A stretch of DNA of 64,000 bases, from NCBI GenBank assembly GCA_964016885.1, contig OZ024740.1, positions 431,830,001 through 431,894,000 on the forward strand. The letters run 5' to 3'. A program made the translations under genes and the position numbers. Shown piece by piece: positions 37,001-55,000 of this stretch. Positions within the stretch are counted from its first letter, which is position 1. Each line of letters starts with the position of its first letter. Source of the stretch: Eledone cirrhosa. Taxonomy: Eukaryota. The notes under the pieces were generated by a model. It saw only the letters and a program-made list of their open reading frames with translations. It was not told the origin of the DNA and searched no databases.

Positions 37001-40000
37001 AAACACCTGATAGTACCACAGATATACTAGTTAATGATGAACACCTGATAGTACCACAGATATACTAATTAAAGATAAACACCTCATATCCTAGTTAAAG
37101 ATGAACGCCTGATAGTACCACAGATATACTAGTTAAAGATAAACACGTGATAGTACCACAGATATACTAGTTAAAGATGAATGCCTGATAGTACCACAGA
37201 TATACTAGTTAAAGATAAACACCTGATAGTACGACATATACTAGTTAAAGATAAACACCTGATAGTACCACAGATATACTAGTTAAAGATGAAAACCTGA
37301 TAGTACGACAGATATACTAGTTAAAGATAAACACGTGATAGTACCACAGATATACTAGTTAGAGATGAAAACCTGATAGTACCACATATACTAGTTAAAG
37401 ATGAACACCTCATATACTAGTTAAAGATGAACATCTGATAGTACCACAGATATACTAGTTAAAGATGAACACCTGATAGTAATCACAGATATACTAGTTA
37501 CAGATGAACACCTCATATACTAGTTAAAGATAAACACCTGATAGTCCCACAGATATACTAGTTAAAGATGAACACCTCATATACTAGTTAAAGATAAACA
37601 CCTGATAGTACCACAGATATACTAGTTAAAGATAAACACGTGATAGTACCACAGATATACTAGTTAGAGATGAAAACCTGATAGTACCACATATACTAGT
37701 TAAAGATAAACACCTGATAGTCCCACAGATATACTAGTTAAAGATGAACACCTCATATACTAGTTAAAGATGAACACCTGATAATACCACAGATATACTA
37801 GTTAAAGATGAACACCTGATAGTACCACAGATATACTAGTTAAAGATGAACGCCTGATAGTACCACAGATATACTAGTTAAAGATGAACACCTGATAGTA
37901 CCATAGATATACTAGTTAAAGATGAACACCTGATAGTACCACAGATATACTAGTTAAAGATAAACACCTGATAGTACCACAGATATACTAGTTAAAGATA
38001 AACACGTGATAGTACCAGAGATATACTAGTTAAAGATGGACACCTGATAGTAGCACATATATACTAGTTAAAGATGAACACCTCATATACTAGTTAAATA
38101 TGAAAACCTGATAGTACCACAAATATACTAGTTAAAAATGAACACCGGATATTACCACAGATATACTAGTTAAAGATGTACCACAGATATACTAGTTAAA
38201 GATGAACACCTGACAGTACCACAGATATACTAGTTAAAGATGAACACCTGATAGGACCACAGATATACTGGTTAAAGATGAACACCTGATGGTACCACAG
38301 ATATACTAGTTAAAGATGAACACCTGATAGTACCACAGATATACTAGTTAAAGATGAACGCCTGATAGTATCACAGATATACTAGTTAAAGATGAACACC
38401 TGATAGTACCACATATACTAGTTAAAGATAAACAGCTGATAGTACCACAAATATACTAGTTAAAGATGAACACCTCATATACTAGTTAAAGATAAACACC
38501 TGATAGTACCACAGATATACTAGTTAAAGATAAACACCTCATATCCTAGTTAAAGATGAACGCCTGATAGTACCACAGATATACTAGTTAAAGATAAACA
38601 CGTGATAGTACCACAGATATACTAGTTAAAGATGAATGCCTGATAGTACCACAGATATACTAGTTAAAGATAAACACCTGATAGTACCACAGATATACTA
38701 GTTAAAGATGAAAACCTGATAGTACGACATATATACTAGTTAAAGATAAACACGTGATAGTACCACAGATATACTAGTTAAAGATGAACACCTCATATAC
38801 TAGTTAAAGATAAACACCTGATAGTACCACAGATATACTAGTTAAAGATAAACACATGATAGTACCACAGATATACTAGTTAGAGATGAAAACCTGATAG
38901 TACCACATATACTAGTTAAAGATAAACACCTGATAGTCCCACAGATATACTAGTTAAAGATGAACACCTCATATACTAGTTAAAGATAAACACCTGATAG
39001 TACCACAGATATACTAGTTAAAGATGAATGCCTGATAGTACCACAGATTTACTAGTTAAAGATGAACACCTCATATCCTAGTTAAAGATGAACATCTGAT
39101 AGTACCACAGATATACTAGTTAAAGATGAACACCTGATAGTAATCACAGATATACTAGTTAAAGATGAACACCTGATAGTATCACAGATATACTAGTTAA
39201 AGATGAACACCTGATACTACCACAGAGATACTAGTTAAAGATGAACACCAGATAAACAAGTTAAAGATAAACGCCTGATAGTACCACAGATATACTAGTT
39301 AAAGATCAACACCTGATAGTACCACACATACTAGTTAAAGATGAACACCTGATAGTACCACAGATATACTAGTTAAAGATGAACACCAGATAAACTAGTT
39401 AAAGATGAACACCTGATAATACGACAGATATACTAGTTAAAGATGAACACCTGATAGTACCACAGATATACTAGTTAAAGATGAACGCCTGATAGTACCA
39501 CAGATATACTAGTTAAAGATGAACACCTGATAGTACCATAGATATACTAGTTAAAGATGAACACCGGATAGTACCACAGATATACTAGTTAAAGATAAAC
39601 ACGTGATAGTACCAGAGATATACTAGTTAAAGATGGACACCTGATAGTAGCACATATATACTAGTTAAAGATGAACACCTCATATACTAGTTAAATATGA
39701 AAACCTGATAGTACCACAAATATACTAGTTAAAAATGAACACCGGATATTACCACAGATATACTAGTTAAAGATGTACCACAGATATACTAGTTAAAGAT
39801 GAACACCTGACAGTACCACAGATATACTAGTTAAAGATGAACACCTGATAGGACCACAGATATACTGGTTAAAGATGAACACCTGATGGTACGACAGATA
39901 TACTAGTTAAAGATAAAAACCTGATATACTAGTTAAAGATGAACACCTGATAGTACCACAGATATACTAGTTAAAGATGAACGCCTGATAGTATCACAGA

Positions 40001-43000
40001 TATACTAGTTAAAGATGAACACCTGATAGTACGACAGATATACTAGTTAAAGATAAACACCTGATAGTCCCAGATATACTAGTTAAATATCAAAACCTGA
40101 TAGTACCACAGATATACTAGTTAAAGATGAACACCTGATAGTACCACATATACTAGTTAAAGATAAACACCTGATAGTACCACAGATATACTAGTTAAAG
40201 ATGAACACCTCATATACTAGTTAAAGATAAACACCTGATAGTACCACAGATATACTAGTTAATGATGAACACCTGATAGTACCACAGATATACTAGTTAA
40301 AGATAAACACCTCATATCCTAGTTAAAGATGAACGCCTGATAGTACCACAGATATACTAGTTAAAGATGAACACCAGATAAACTAGTTAAAGATGAACAC
40401 CTGATAATACCACAGATATACTAGTTAAAGATGAACACCTGATAGTACCACAGATATACTAGTTAAAGATGAACGCCTGATAGTACCACAGATATACTAG
40501 TTAAAGATAAACACCTGATAGTACCACAGATATACTAGTTAAAGATAAACACGTGATAGTACCAGAGATATACTAGTTAAAGATGGACACCTGATAGTAG
40601 CACATATATACTAGTTAAAGATGAACACCTCATATACTAGTTAAATATGAAAACCAGATAGTACCACAAATATACTAGTTAAAAATGAACACCGGATATT
40701 ACCACAGATATACTAGTTAAAGATGTACCACAGATATACTAGTTAAAGATGAACACCTGACAGTACCACAGATATACTAGTTAAAGATGAACACCTGATA
40801 GGACCAGAGATATACTGGTTAAAGATGAACACCTGATGGTACGACAGATATACTAGTTAAAGATGAACACCTGATAGTACCACAGATATACTAGTTAAAG
40901 ATGAACACCTGATAGTACCACAGATATACTAGTTAAAGATGAACGCCTGATAGTATCACAGATATACTAGTTAAAGATGAACACCTGATAGTACGACAGA
41001 TATACTAGTTAAAGATAAACACCTGATAGTACCACAGATATACTAGTTAAAGATGAACACCTCATATACTAGTTAAGGATAAACACCTGATAGTCCCAGA
41101 TATACTAGTTAAATATCAAAATCTGATAGTACCACAGATATACTAGTTAAAGATAAACACCTGATAGTACCACATATACTAGTTAAAGAGAAACACCTGA
41201 TAGTACCACAGATATACTAGTTAAAGATGAACACCTCATATACTAGTTAAAGATAAACACCTGATAGTACCACAGATATACTAGTTAATGATGAACACCT
41301 GATAGTACCACAGATATACTAATTAAAGATAAACACCTCATATCCTAGTTAAAGATGAACGCCTGATAGTACCACAGATATACTAGTTAAAGATAAACAC
41401 GTGATAGTACCACAGATATACTAGTTAAAGATGAATGCCTGATAGTACCACAGATATACTAGTTAAAGATAAACACCTGATAGTACGACATATACTAGTT
41501 AAAGATAAACACCTGATAGTACCACAGATATACTAGTTAAAGATGAAAACCTGATAGTACGACAGATATACTAGTTAAAGATAAACACGTGATAGTACCA
41601 CAGATATACTAGTTAGAGATGAAAACCTGATAGTACCACATATACTAGTTAAAGATGAACACCTCATATACTAGTTAAAGATGAACATCTGATAGTACCA
41701 CAGATATACTAGTTAAAGATGAACACCTGATAGTAATCACAGATATACTAGTTACAGATGAACACCTCATATACTAGTTAAAGATAAACACCTGATAGTC
41801 CCACAGATATACTAGTTAAAGATGAACACCTCATATACTAGTTAAAGATAAACACCTGATAGTACCACAGATATACTAGTTAAAGATAAGCACGTGATAG
41901 TACCACAGATATACTAGTTAGAGATGAAAACCTGATAGTACCACATATACTAGTTAAAGATAAACACCTGATAGTCCCACAGATATACTAGTTAAAGATG
42001 AACACCTCATATACTAGTTAAAGATGAACACCTGATAATACCACAGATATACTAGTTAAAGATGAACACCTGATAGTACCACAGATATACTAGTTAAAGA
42101 TGAACGCCTGATAGTACCACAGATATACTAGTTAAAGATGAACACCTGATAGTACCATAGATATACTAGTTAAAGATGAACACCTGATAGTACCACAGAT
42201 ATACTAGTTAAAGATAAACACCTGATAGTACCACAGATATACTAGTTAAAGATAAACACGTGATAGTACCAGAGATATACTAGTTAAAGATGGACACCTG
42301 ATAGTAGCACATATATACTAGTTAAAGATGAACACCTCATATACTAGTTAAATATGAAAACCTGATAGTACCACAAATATACTAGTTAAAAATGAACACC
42401 GGATATTACCACAGATATACTAGTTAAAGATGTACCACAGATATACTAGTTAAAGATGAACACCTGACAGTACCACAGATATACTAGTTAAAGATGAACA
42501 CCTGATAGGACCACAGATATACTGGTTAAAGATGAACACCTGATGGTACCACAGATATACTAGTTAAAGATGAACGCCTGATAGTATCACAGATATACTA
42601 GTTAAAGATGAACACCTGATAGTACCACATATACTAGTTAAAGATAAACACCTGATAGTACCACAAATATACTAGTTAAAGATGAACACCTCATATACTA
42701 GTTAAAGATAAACACCTGATAGTACCACAGATATACTAGTTAAAGATAAACACCTCATATCCTAGTTAAAGATGAACGCCTGATAGTACCACAGATATAC
42801 TAGTTAAAGATAAACACGTGATAGTACCACAGATATACTAGTTAAAGATGAATGCCTGATAGTACCACAGATATACTAGTTAAAGATAAACACCTGATAG
42901 TACCACAGATATACTAGTTAAAGATGAAAACCTGATAGTACGACATATATACTAGTTAAAGATAAACACGTGATAGTACCACAGATATACTAGTTAGAGA

Positions 43001-46000
43001 TGAAAACCTGATAGTACCACATATACTAGTTAAAGATAAACACCTGATAGTCCCACAGATATACTAGTTAAAGATGAACACCTCATATACTAGTTAAAGA
43101 TAAACACCTGATAGTACCACAGATATACTAGTTAAAGATGAACACCTCATATACTAGTTAAAGATAAACACCTGATAGTACCACAGATATACTAGTTAAA
43201 GATAAACACGTGATAGTACCACAGATATACTAGTTAAAGATGAATGCCTGATAGTACCACAGATTTACTAGTTAAAGATGAACACCTCATATCCTAGTTA
43301 AAGATGAACATCTGATAGTACCACAGATATACTAGTTAAAGATGAACACCTGATAGTAATCACAGATATACTAGTTAAAGATGAACACCTCATATACTAG
43401 TTAAAGATAAACACCTGATAGTCCCACAGATATACTAGTTAAAGATGAACACCTCATATACTAGTTAAAGATAAACACCTGATAGTACCACAGATATACT
43501 AGTTAAAGATAAACACATGATAGTACCACAGATATACTAGTTAGAGATGAAAACCTGATAGTACCACATATACTAGTTAAAGATAAACACCTGATAGTCC
43601 CACAGATATACTAGTTAAAGATGAACACCTCATATACTAGTTAAAGATAAACACCTGATAGTACCACAGATATACTAGTTAAAGATGAATGCCTGATAGT
43701 ACCACAGATTTACTAGTTAAAGATGAACACCTCATATCCTAGTTAAAGATGAACATCTGATAGTACCACAGATATACTAGTTAAAGATGAACACCTGATA
43801 GTATCACAGATATACTAGTTAAAGATGAACACCTGATACTACCACAGAGATACTAGTTAAAGATGAACACCAGATAAACAAGTTCAAGATAAACGCCTGA
43901 TAGTACCACAGATATACTAGTTAAAGATCAACACCTGATAGTACCACACATACTAGTTAAAGATGAACACCTGATAGTACCACAGATATACTAGTTAAAG
44001 ATGAACACCAGATAAACTAGTTAAAGATGAACACCTGATAATACCACAGATATACTAGTTAAAGATGAACACCTGATAGTAATCACAGATATACTAGTTA
44101 CAGATGAACACCTCATATACTAGTTAAAGATAAACACCTGATAGTCCCACAGATATACTAGTTAAAGATGAACACCTCATATACTAGTTAAAGATAAACA
44201 CCTGATAGTACCACAGATATACTAGTTAAAGATAAACACGTGATAGTACCACAGATATACTAGTTAGAGATGAAAACCTGATAGTACCACATATACTAGT
44301 TAAAGATAAACACCTGATAGTCCCACAGATATACTAGTTAAAGATGAACACCTCATATACTAGTTAAAGATGAACACCTGATAATACCACAGATATACTA
44401 GTTAAAGATGAACACCTGATAGTACCACAGATATACTAGTTAAAGATGAACGCCTGATAGTACCACAGATATACTAGTTAAAGATGAACACCTGATAGTA
44501 CCATAGATATACTAGTTAAAGATGAACACCTGATAGTACCACAGATATACTAGTTAAAGATAAACACCTGATAGTACCACAGATATACTAGTTAAAGATA
44601 AACACGTGATAGTACCAGAGATATACTAGTTAAAGATGGACACCTGATAGTAGCACATATATACTAGTTAAAGATGAACACCTCATATACTAGTTAAATA
44701 TGAAAACCTGATAGTACCACAAATATACTAGTTAAAAATGAACACCGGATATTACCACAGATATACTAGTTAAAGATGTACCACAGATATACTAGTTAAA
44801 GATGAACACCTGACAGTACCACAGATATACTAGTTAAAGATGAACACCTGATAGGACCACAGATATACTGGTTAAAGATGAACACCTGATGGTACCACAG
44901 ATATACTAGTTAAAGATGAACACCTGATAGTACCACAGATATACTAGTTAAAGATGAACGCCTGATAGTATCACAGATATACTAGTTAAAGATGAACACC
45001 TGATAGTACCACATATACTAGTTAAAGATAAACAGCTGATAGTACCACAAATATACTAGTTAAAGATGAACACCTCATATACTAGTTAAAGATAAACACC
45101 TGATAGTACCACAGATATACTAGTTAAAGATAAACACCTCATATCCTAGTTAAAGATGAACGCCTGATAGTACCACAGATATACTAGTTAAAGATAAACA
45201 CGTGATAGTACCACAGATATACTAGTTAAAGATGAATGCCTGATAGTACCACAGATATACTAGTTAAAGATAAACACCTGATAGTACCACAGATATACTA
45301 GTTAAAGATGAAAACCTGATAGTACGACATATATACTAGTTAAAGATAAACACGTGATAGTACCACAGATATACTAGTTAGAGATGAAAACCTGATAGTA
45401 CCACATATACTAGTTAAAGATAAACACCTGATAGTCCCACAGATATACTAGTTAAAGATGAACACCTCATATACTAGTTAAAGATAAACACCTGATAGTA
45501 CCACAGATATACTAGTTAAAGATAAACACATGATAGTACCACAGATATACTAGTTAGAGATGAAAACCTGATAGTACCACATATACTAGTTAAAGATAAA
45601 CACCTGATAGTCCCACAGATATACTAGTTAAAGATGAACACCTCATATACTAGTTAAAGATAAACACCTGATAGTACCACAGATATACTAGTTAAAGATG
45701 AATGCCTGATAGTACCACAGATTTACTAGTTAAAGATGAACACCTCATATCCTAGTTAAAGATGAACATCTGATAGTACCACAGATATACTAGTTAAAGA
45801 TGAACACCTGATAGTAATCACAGATATACTAGTTAAAGATGAACACCTGATAGTATCACAGATATACTAGTTAAAGATGAACACCTGATACTACCACAGA
45901 GATACTAGTTAAAGATGAACACCAGATAAACAAGTTAAAGATAAACGCCTGATAGTACCACAGATATACTAGTTAAAGATCAACACCTGATAGTACCACA

Positions 46001-49000
46001 CATACTAGTTAAAGATGAACACCTGATAGTACCACAGATATACTAGTTAAAGATGAACACCAGATAAACTAGTTAAAGATGAACACCTGATAATACGACA
46101 GATATACTAGTTAAAGATGAACACCTGATAGTACCACAGATATACTAGTTAAAGATGAACGCCTGATAGTACCACAGATATACTAGTTAAAGATGAACAC
46201 CTGATAGTACCATAGATATACTAGTTAAAGATGAACACCGGATAGTACCACAGATATACTAGTTAAAGATAAACACGTGATAGTACCAGAGATATACTAG
46301 TTAAAGATGGACACCTGATAGTAGCACATATATACTAGTTAAAGATGAACACCTCATATACTAGTTAAATATGAAAACCTGATAGTACCACAAATATACT
46401 AGTTAAAAATGAACACCGGATATTACCACAGATATACTAGTTAAAGATGTACCACAGATATACTAGTTAAAGATGAACACCTGACAGTACCACAGATATA
46501 CTAGTTAAAGATGAACACCTGATAGGACCACAGATATACTGGTTAAAGATGAACACCTGATGGTACGACAGATATACTAGTTAAAGATAAAAACCTGATA
46601 TACTAGTTAAAGATGAACACCTGATAGTACCACAGATATACTAGTTAAAGATGAACGCCTGATAGTATCACAGATATACTAGTTAAAGATGAACACCTGA
46701 TAGTACGACAGATATACTAGTTAAAGATAAACACCTGATAGTCCCAGATATACTAGTTAAATATCAAAACCTGATAGTACCACAGATATACTAGTTAAAG
46801 ATGAACACCTGATAGTACCACATATACTAGTTAAAGATAAACACCTGATAGTACCACAGATATACTAGTTAAAGATGAACACCTCATATACTAGTTAAAG
46901 ATAAACACCTGATAGTACCACAGATATACTAGTTAATGATGAACACCTGATAGTACCACAGATATACTAGTTAAAGATAAACACCTCATATCCTAGTTAA
47001 AGATGAACGCCTGATAGTACCACAGATATACTAGTTAAAGATGAACACCAGATAAACTAGTTAAAGATGAACACCTGATAATACCACAGATATACTAGTT
47101 AAAGATGAACACCTGATAGTACCACAGATATACTAGTTAAAGATGAACGCCTGATAGTACCACAGATATACTAGTTAAAGATAAACACCTGATAGTACCA
47201 CAGATATACTAGTTAAAGATAAACACGTGATAGTACCAGAGATATACTAGTTAAAGATGGACACCTGATAGTAGCACATATATACTAGTTAAAGATGAAC
47301 ACCTCATATACTAGTTAAATATGAAAACCAGATAGTACCACAAATATACTAGTTAAAAATGAACACCGGATATTACCACAGATATACTAGTTAAAGATGT
47401 ACCACAGATATACTAGTTAAAGATGAACACCTGACAGTACCACAGATATACTAGTTAAAGATGAACACCTGATAGGACCAGAGATATACTGGTTAAAGAT
47501 GAACACCTGATGGTACGACAGATATACTAGTTAAAGATGAACACCTGATAGTACCACAGATATACTAGTTAAAGATGAACACCTGATAGTACCACAGATA
47601 TACTAGTTAAAGATGAACGCCTGATAGTATCACAGATATACTAGTTAAAGATGAACACCTGATAGTACGACAGATATACTAGTTAAAGAAAAACACCTGA
47701 TAGTACCACAGATATACTAGTTAAAGATGAACACCTCATATACTAGTTAAGGATAAACACCTGATAGTCCCAGATATACTAGTTAAATATCAAAATCTGA
47801 TAGTACCACAGATATACTAGTTAAAGATAAACACCTGATAGTACCACATATACTAGTTAAAGAGAAACACCTGATAGTACCACAGATATACTAGTTAAAG
47901 ATGAACACCTCATATACTAGTTAAAGATAAACACCTGATAGTACCACAGATATACTAGTTAATGATGAACACCTGATAGTACCACAGATATACTAATTAA
48001 AGATAAACACCTCATATCCTAGTTAAAGATGAACGCCTGATAGTACCACAGATATACTAGTTAAAGATAAACACGTGATAGTACCACAGATATACTAGTT
48101 AAAGATGAATGCCTGATAGTACCACAGATATACTAGTTAAAGATAAACACCTGATAGTACGACATATACTAGTTAAAGATAAACACCTGATAGTACCACA
48201 GATATACTAGTTAAAGATGAAAACCTGATAGTACGACAGATATACTAGTTAAAGATAAACACGTGATAGTACCACAGATATACTAGTTAGAGATGAAAAC
48301 CTGATAGTACCACATATACTAGTTAAAGATGAACACCTCATATACTAGTTAAAGATGAACATCTGATAGTACCACAGATATACTAGTTAAAGATGAACAC
48401 CTGATAGTAATCACAGATATACTAGTTACAGATGAACACCTCATATACTAGTTAAAGATAAACACCTGATAGTCCCACAGATATACTAGTTAAAGATGAA
48501 CACCTCATATACTAGTTAAAGATAAACACCTGATAGTACCACAGATATACTAGTTAAAGATAAGCACGTGATAGTACCACAGATATACTAGTTAGAGATG
48601 AAAACCTGATAGTACCACATATACTAGTTAAAGATAAACACCTGATAGTCCCACAGATATACTAGTTAAAGATGAACACCTCATATACTAGTTAAAGATG
48701 AACACCTGATAATACCACAGATATACTAGTTAAAGATGAACACCTGATAGTACCACAGATATACTAGTTAAAGATGAACGCCTGATAGTACCACAGATAT
48801 ACTAGTTAAAGATGAACACCTGATAGTACCATAGATATACTAGTTAAAGATGAACACCTGATAGTACCACAGATATACTAGTTAAAGATAAACACCTGAT
48901 AGTACCACAGATATACTAGTTAAAGATAAACACGTGATAGTACCAGAGATATACTAGTTAAAGATGGACACCTGATAGTAGCACATATATACTAGTTAAA

Positions 49001-52000
49001 GATGAACACCTCATATACTAGTTAAATATGAAAACCTGATAGTACCACAAATATACTAGTTAAAAATGAACACCGGATATTACCACAGATATACTAGTTA
49101 AAGATGTACCACAGATATACTAGTTAAAGATGAACACCTGACAGTACCACAGATATACTAGTTAAAGATGAACACCTGATAGGACCACAGATATACTGGT
49201 TAAAGATGAACACCTGATGGTACCACAGATATACTAGTTAAAGATGAACGCCTGATAGTATCACAGATATACTAGTTAAAGATGAACACCTGATAGTACC
49301 ACATATACTAGTTAAAGATAAACACCTGATAGTACCACAAATATACTAGTTAAAGATGAACACCTCATATACTAGTTAAAGATAAACACCTGATAGTACC
49401 ACAGATATACTAGTTAAAGATAAACACCTCATATCCTAGTTAAAGATGAACGCCTGATAGTACCACAGATATACTAGTTAAAGATAAACACGTGATAGTA
49501 CCACAGATATACTAGTTAAAGATGAATGCCTGATAGTACCACAGATATACTAGTTAAAGATAAACACCTGATAGTACCACAGATATACTAGTTAAAGATG
49601 AAAACCTGATAGTACGACATATATACTAGTTAAAGATAAACACGTGATAGTACCACAGATATACTAGTTAGAGATGAAAACCTGATAGTACCACATATAC
49701 TAGTTAAAGATAAACACCTGATAGTCCCACAGATATACTAGTTAAAGATGAACACCTCATATACTAGTTAAAGATAAACACCTGATAGTACCACAGATAT
49801 ACTAGTTAAAGATGAACACCTCATATACTAGTTAAAGATAAACACCTGATAGTACCACAGATATACTAGTTAAAGATAAACACGTGATAGTACCACAGAT
49901 ATACTAGTTAAAGATGAATGCCTGATAGTACCACAGATTTACTAGTTAAAGATGAACACCTCATATCCTAGTTAAAGATGAACATCTGATAGTACCACAG
50001 ATATACTAGTTAAAGATGAACACCTGATAGTAATCACAGATATACTAGTTAAAGATGAACACCTCATATACTAGTTAAAGATAAACACCTGATAGTCCCA
50101 CAGATATACTAGTTAAAGATGAACACCTCATATACTAGTTAAAGATAAACACCTGATAGTACCACAGATATACTAGTTAAAGATAAACACATGATAGTAC
50201 CACAGATATACTAGTTAGAGATGAAAACCTGATAGTACCACATATACTAGTTAAAGATAAACACCTGATAGTCCCACAGATATACTAGTTAAAGATGAAC
50301 ACCTCATATACTAGTTAAAGATAAACACCTGATAGTACCACAGATATACTAGTTAAAGATGAATGCCTGATAGTACCACAGATTTACTAGTTAAAGATGA
50401 ACACCTCATATCCTAGTTAAAGATGAACATCTGATAGTACCACAGATATACTAGTTAAAGATGAACACCTGATAGTATCACAGATATACTAGTTAAAGAT
50501 GAACACCTGATACTACCACAGAGATACTAGTTAAAGATGAACACCAGATAAACAAGTTCAAGATAAACGCCTGATAGTACCACAGATATACTAGTTAAAG
50601 ATCAACACCTGATAGTACCACACATACTAGTTAAAGATGAACACCTGATAGTACCACAGATATACTAGTTAAAGATGAACACCAGATAAACTAGTTAAAG
50701 ATGAACACCTGATAATACCACAGATATACTAGTTAAAGATGAACACCTGATAGTACCACAGATATACTAGTTAAAGATGAACGCCTGATAGTACCACAGA
50801 TATACTAGTTAAAGATGAACACCTGATAGTACCATAGATATACTAGTTAAAGATGAACACCTGATAGTACCACAGATATACTAGTTAAAGATAAACACCT
50901 GATAGTACCACAGATATACTAGTTAAAGATAAACACGTGATAGTACCAGAGATATACTAGTTAAAGATGGACACCTGATAGTAGCACATATATACTAGTT
51001 AAAGATGAACACCTCATATACTAGTTAAATATGAAAACCTGATAGTACCACAAATATACTAGTTAAAAATGAACACCGGATATTACCACAGATATACTAG
51101 TTAAAGATGTACCACAGATATACTAGTTAAAGATGAACACCTGATAGGACCACAGATATACTGGTTAAAGATGAACACCTGATGGTACGACAGATATACT
51201 AGTTAAAGATAAAAACCTGATATACTAGTTAAAGATGAACACCTGATAGTACCACAGATATACTAGTTAAAGATGAACGCCTTATAGTATCACAGATATA
51301 CTAGTTAAAGATGAACACCTGATAGTACGACAGATATACTAGTTAAAGATAAACACCTGATAGTCCCAGATATACTAGTTAAATATCAAAACCTGATAGT
51401 ACCACAGATATACTAGTTAAAGATGAACACCTGATAGTACCACATATACTAGTTAAAGATAAACACCTGATAGTACCACAGATATACTAGTTAAAGATGA
51501 ACACCTCATATACTAGTTAAAGATAAACACCTGATAGTACCACAGATATACTAGTTAATGATGAACACCTGATAGTACCACAGATATACTAGTTAAAGAT
51601 AAACACCTCATATCCTAGTTAAAGATGAACGCCTGATAGTACCACAGATATACTAGTTAAAGATAAACACGTGATAGTACCACAGATATACTAGTTAAAG
51701 ATGAATGCCTGATAGTACCACAGATATACTAGTTAAAGATGAACACCTGATAGTACCACAGATATACTAGTTAAAGATAAACACCTGATAATACCATAGA
51801 TATACTAGTTAAAGATGAACACCTGATAGTACCACAGATATACTAGTTAAAGATAAACACGTGATAGTACCAGAGATATACTAGTTAAAGATGAACACCT
51901 CATATACTAGTTAAACATGAAAACCTGATAGTACCACAAATATACTAGTTAAAAATGAACACCGGATATTACCATAGATATACTGGTTAAAGATGTACCA

Positions 52001-55000
52001 CAGATATACTAGTTAAAGATGAACACCTGACAGTACCACAGATATACTAGTTAAAGATGAACACCTGATATACTAGTTAAAGATGAACACCTGACAGTAC
52101 CACAGATATACTGGTTAAAGATAAACACGTGATAGCACCAGAGATATACTAGTTAAAGATAAACACCTGATAGTAGCACAGATATACTAGTTAAAGATGA
52201 ACACCTGATAGTACGACAGATATACTAGTTAAAGATGAACACCTGATAGTACGACAGATATACTAGTTAAAGATAAACACCTGATAGTACGACAGATATA
52301 CTAGTTAAAGATAAACACCTGATAGTACGACAGATATACTAGTTAAAGATAAACACCTGATAGTCCCACAGATATACTAGTTAGAGATGAAAACCTGATA
52401 GTAACACAGATATACTAGTTAAAGATAAACACCTGATAGTACCACAGATATACTAGTTAAAGATAAACACCTGATAGTATGACATATACTAGTTAAAGAT
52501 AAACACCTGATAGTCCCACAGATATACTAGTTAAAGATGAACACCTCATATACTAGTTAAAGATAAACACCTGATAGTACCACATATACTAGTTAAAGAT
52601 AAACACCTGATAGTACGACAGATATACTAGTTAAAGATAAACACCTGATAGTCCCACAGATATACTAGTTAAAGATAAACACGTGATAGTACCAGAGATA
52701 TACTAGTTAAAGATGAATGCCTGATAGTACCACAGATATACTAGTTAAAGATGAACACCTCATATCCTAGTTAAAGATGAACGCCTGATAGTACCACAGA
52801 TATACTAGTTAAAGATGAACACCTGATAGTACCACAGATATACTAGTTAAAGATAAACACCTGATAATACCATAGATATACTAGTTAAAGATGAACACCT
52901 GATAGTACCACAGATATACTAGTTAAAGATAAACACGTGATAGTACCAGAGATATACTAGTTAAAGATGAACACCTCATATACTAGTTAAACATGAAAAC
53001 CTGATAGTACCACAAATATACTAGTTAAAAATGAACACCGGATATTACCATAGATATACTGGTTAAAGATGTACCACAGATATACTAGTTAAAGATGAAC
53101 ACCTGACAGTACCACAGATATACTAGTTAAAGATGAACACCTGATATACTAGTTAAAGATGAACACCTGACAGTACCACAGATATACTGGTTAAAGATAA
53201 ACACGTGATAGCACCAGAGATATACTAGTTAAAGATAAACACCTGATAGTAGCACAGATATACTAGTTAAAGATGAACACCTGATAGTACGACAGATATA
53301 CTAGTTAAAGATGAACACCTGATAGTACGACAGATATACTAGTTAAAGATAAACACCTGATAGTACGACAGATATACTAGTTAAAGATAAACACCTGATA
53401 GTACGACAGATATACTAGTTAAAGATAAACACCTGATAGTCCCACAGATATACTAGTTAGAGATGAAAACCTGATAGTAACACAGATATACTAGTTAAAG
53501 ATAAACACCTGATAGTACCACAGATATACTAGTTAAAGATAAACACCTGATAGTATGACATATACTAGTTAAAGATAAACACCTGATAGTCCCACAGATA
53601 TACTAGTTAAAGATGAACACCTCATATACTAGTTAAAGATAAACACCTGATAGTACCACATATACTAGTTAAAGATAAACACCTGATAGTACGACAGATA
53701 TACTAGTTAAAGATAAACACCTGATAGTCCCACAGATATACTAGTTAAAGATAAACACGTGATAGTACCAGAGATATACTAGTTAAAGATGAATGCCTGA
53801 TAGTACCACAGATATACTAGTTAAAGATGAACACCTCATATCCTAGTTAAAGATGAACGCCTGATAGTACCACAGATATACTAGTTAAAGATGAACACCT
53901 GATAGTACCACAGATATACTAGTTAAAGATAAACACCTGATAATACCATAGATATACTAGTTAAAGATGAACACCTGATAGTACCACAGATATACTAGTT
54001 AAAGATAAACACGTGATAGTACCAGAGATATACTAGTTAAAGATGAACACCTCATATACTAGTTAAACATGAAAACCTGATAGTACCACAAATATACTAG
54101 TTAAAAATGAACACCGGATATTACCATAGATATACTGGTTAAAGATGTACCACAGATATACTAGTTAAAGATGAACACCTGACAGTACCACAGATATACT
54201 AGTTAAAGATGAACACCTGATATACTAGTTAAAGATGAACACCTGACAGTACCACAGATATACTGGTTAAAGATAAACACGTGATAGCACCAGAGATATA
54301 CTAGTTAAAGATAAACACCTGATAGTAGCACAGATATACTAGTTAAAGATGAACACCTGATAGTACGACAGATATACTAGTTAAAGATGAACACCTGATA
54401 GTACGACAGATATACTAGTTAAAGATAAACACCTGATAGTACGACAGATATACTAGTTAAAGATAAACACCTGATAGTACGACAGATATACTAGTTAAAG
54501 ATAAACACCTGATAGTACGACAGATATACTAGTTAAAGATAAACACCTGATAGTCCCACAGATATACTAGTTAGAGATGAAAACCTGATAGTAACACAGA
54601 TATACTAGTTAAAGATAAACACCTGATAGTACCACAGATATACTAGTTAAAGATAAACACCTGATAGTATGACATATACTAGTTAAAGATAAACACCTGA
54701 TAGTCCCACAGATATACTAGTTAAAGATGAACACCTCATATACTAGTTAAAGATAAACACCTGATAGTACCACATATACTAGTTAAAGATAAACACCTGA
54801 TAGTACGACAGATATACTAGTTAAAGATAAACACCTGATAGTCCCACAGATATACTAGTTAAAGATAAACACGTGATAGTACCAGAGATATACTAGTTAA
54901 AGATGGACACCTGATAGTAGCACATATATACTAGTTAAAGATGAACACCTCATATACTAGTTAAAGATAACCACCTGATAGTACCACAGATATACTAGTT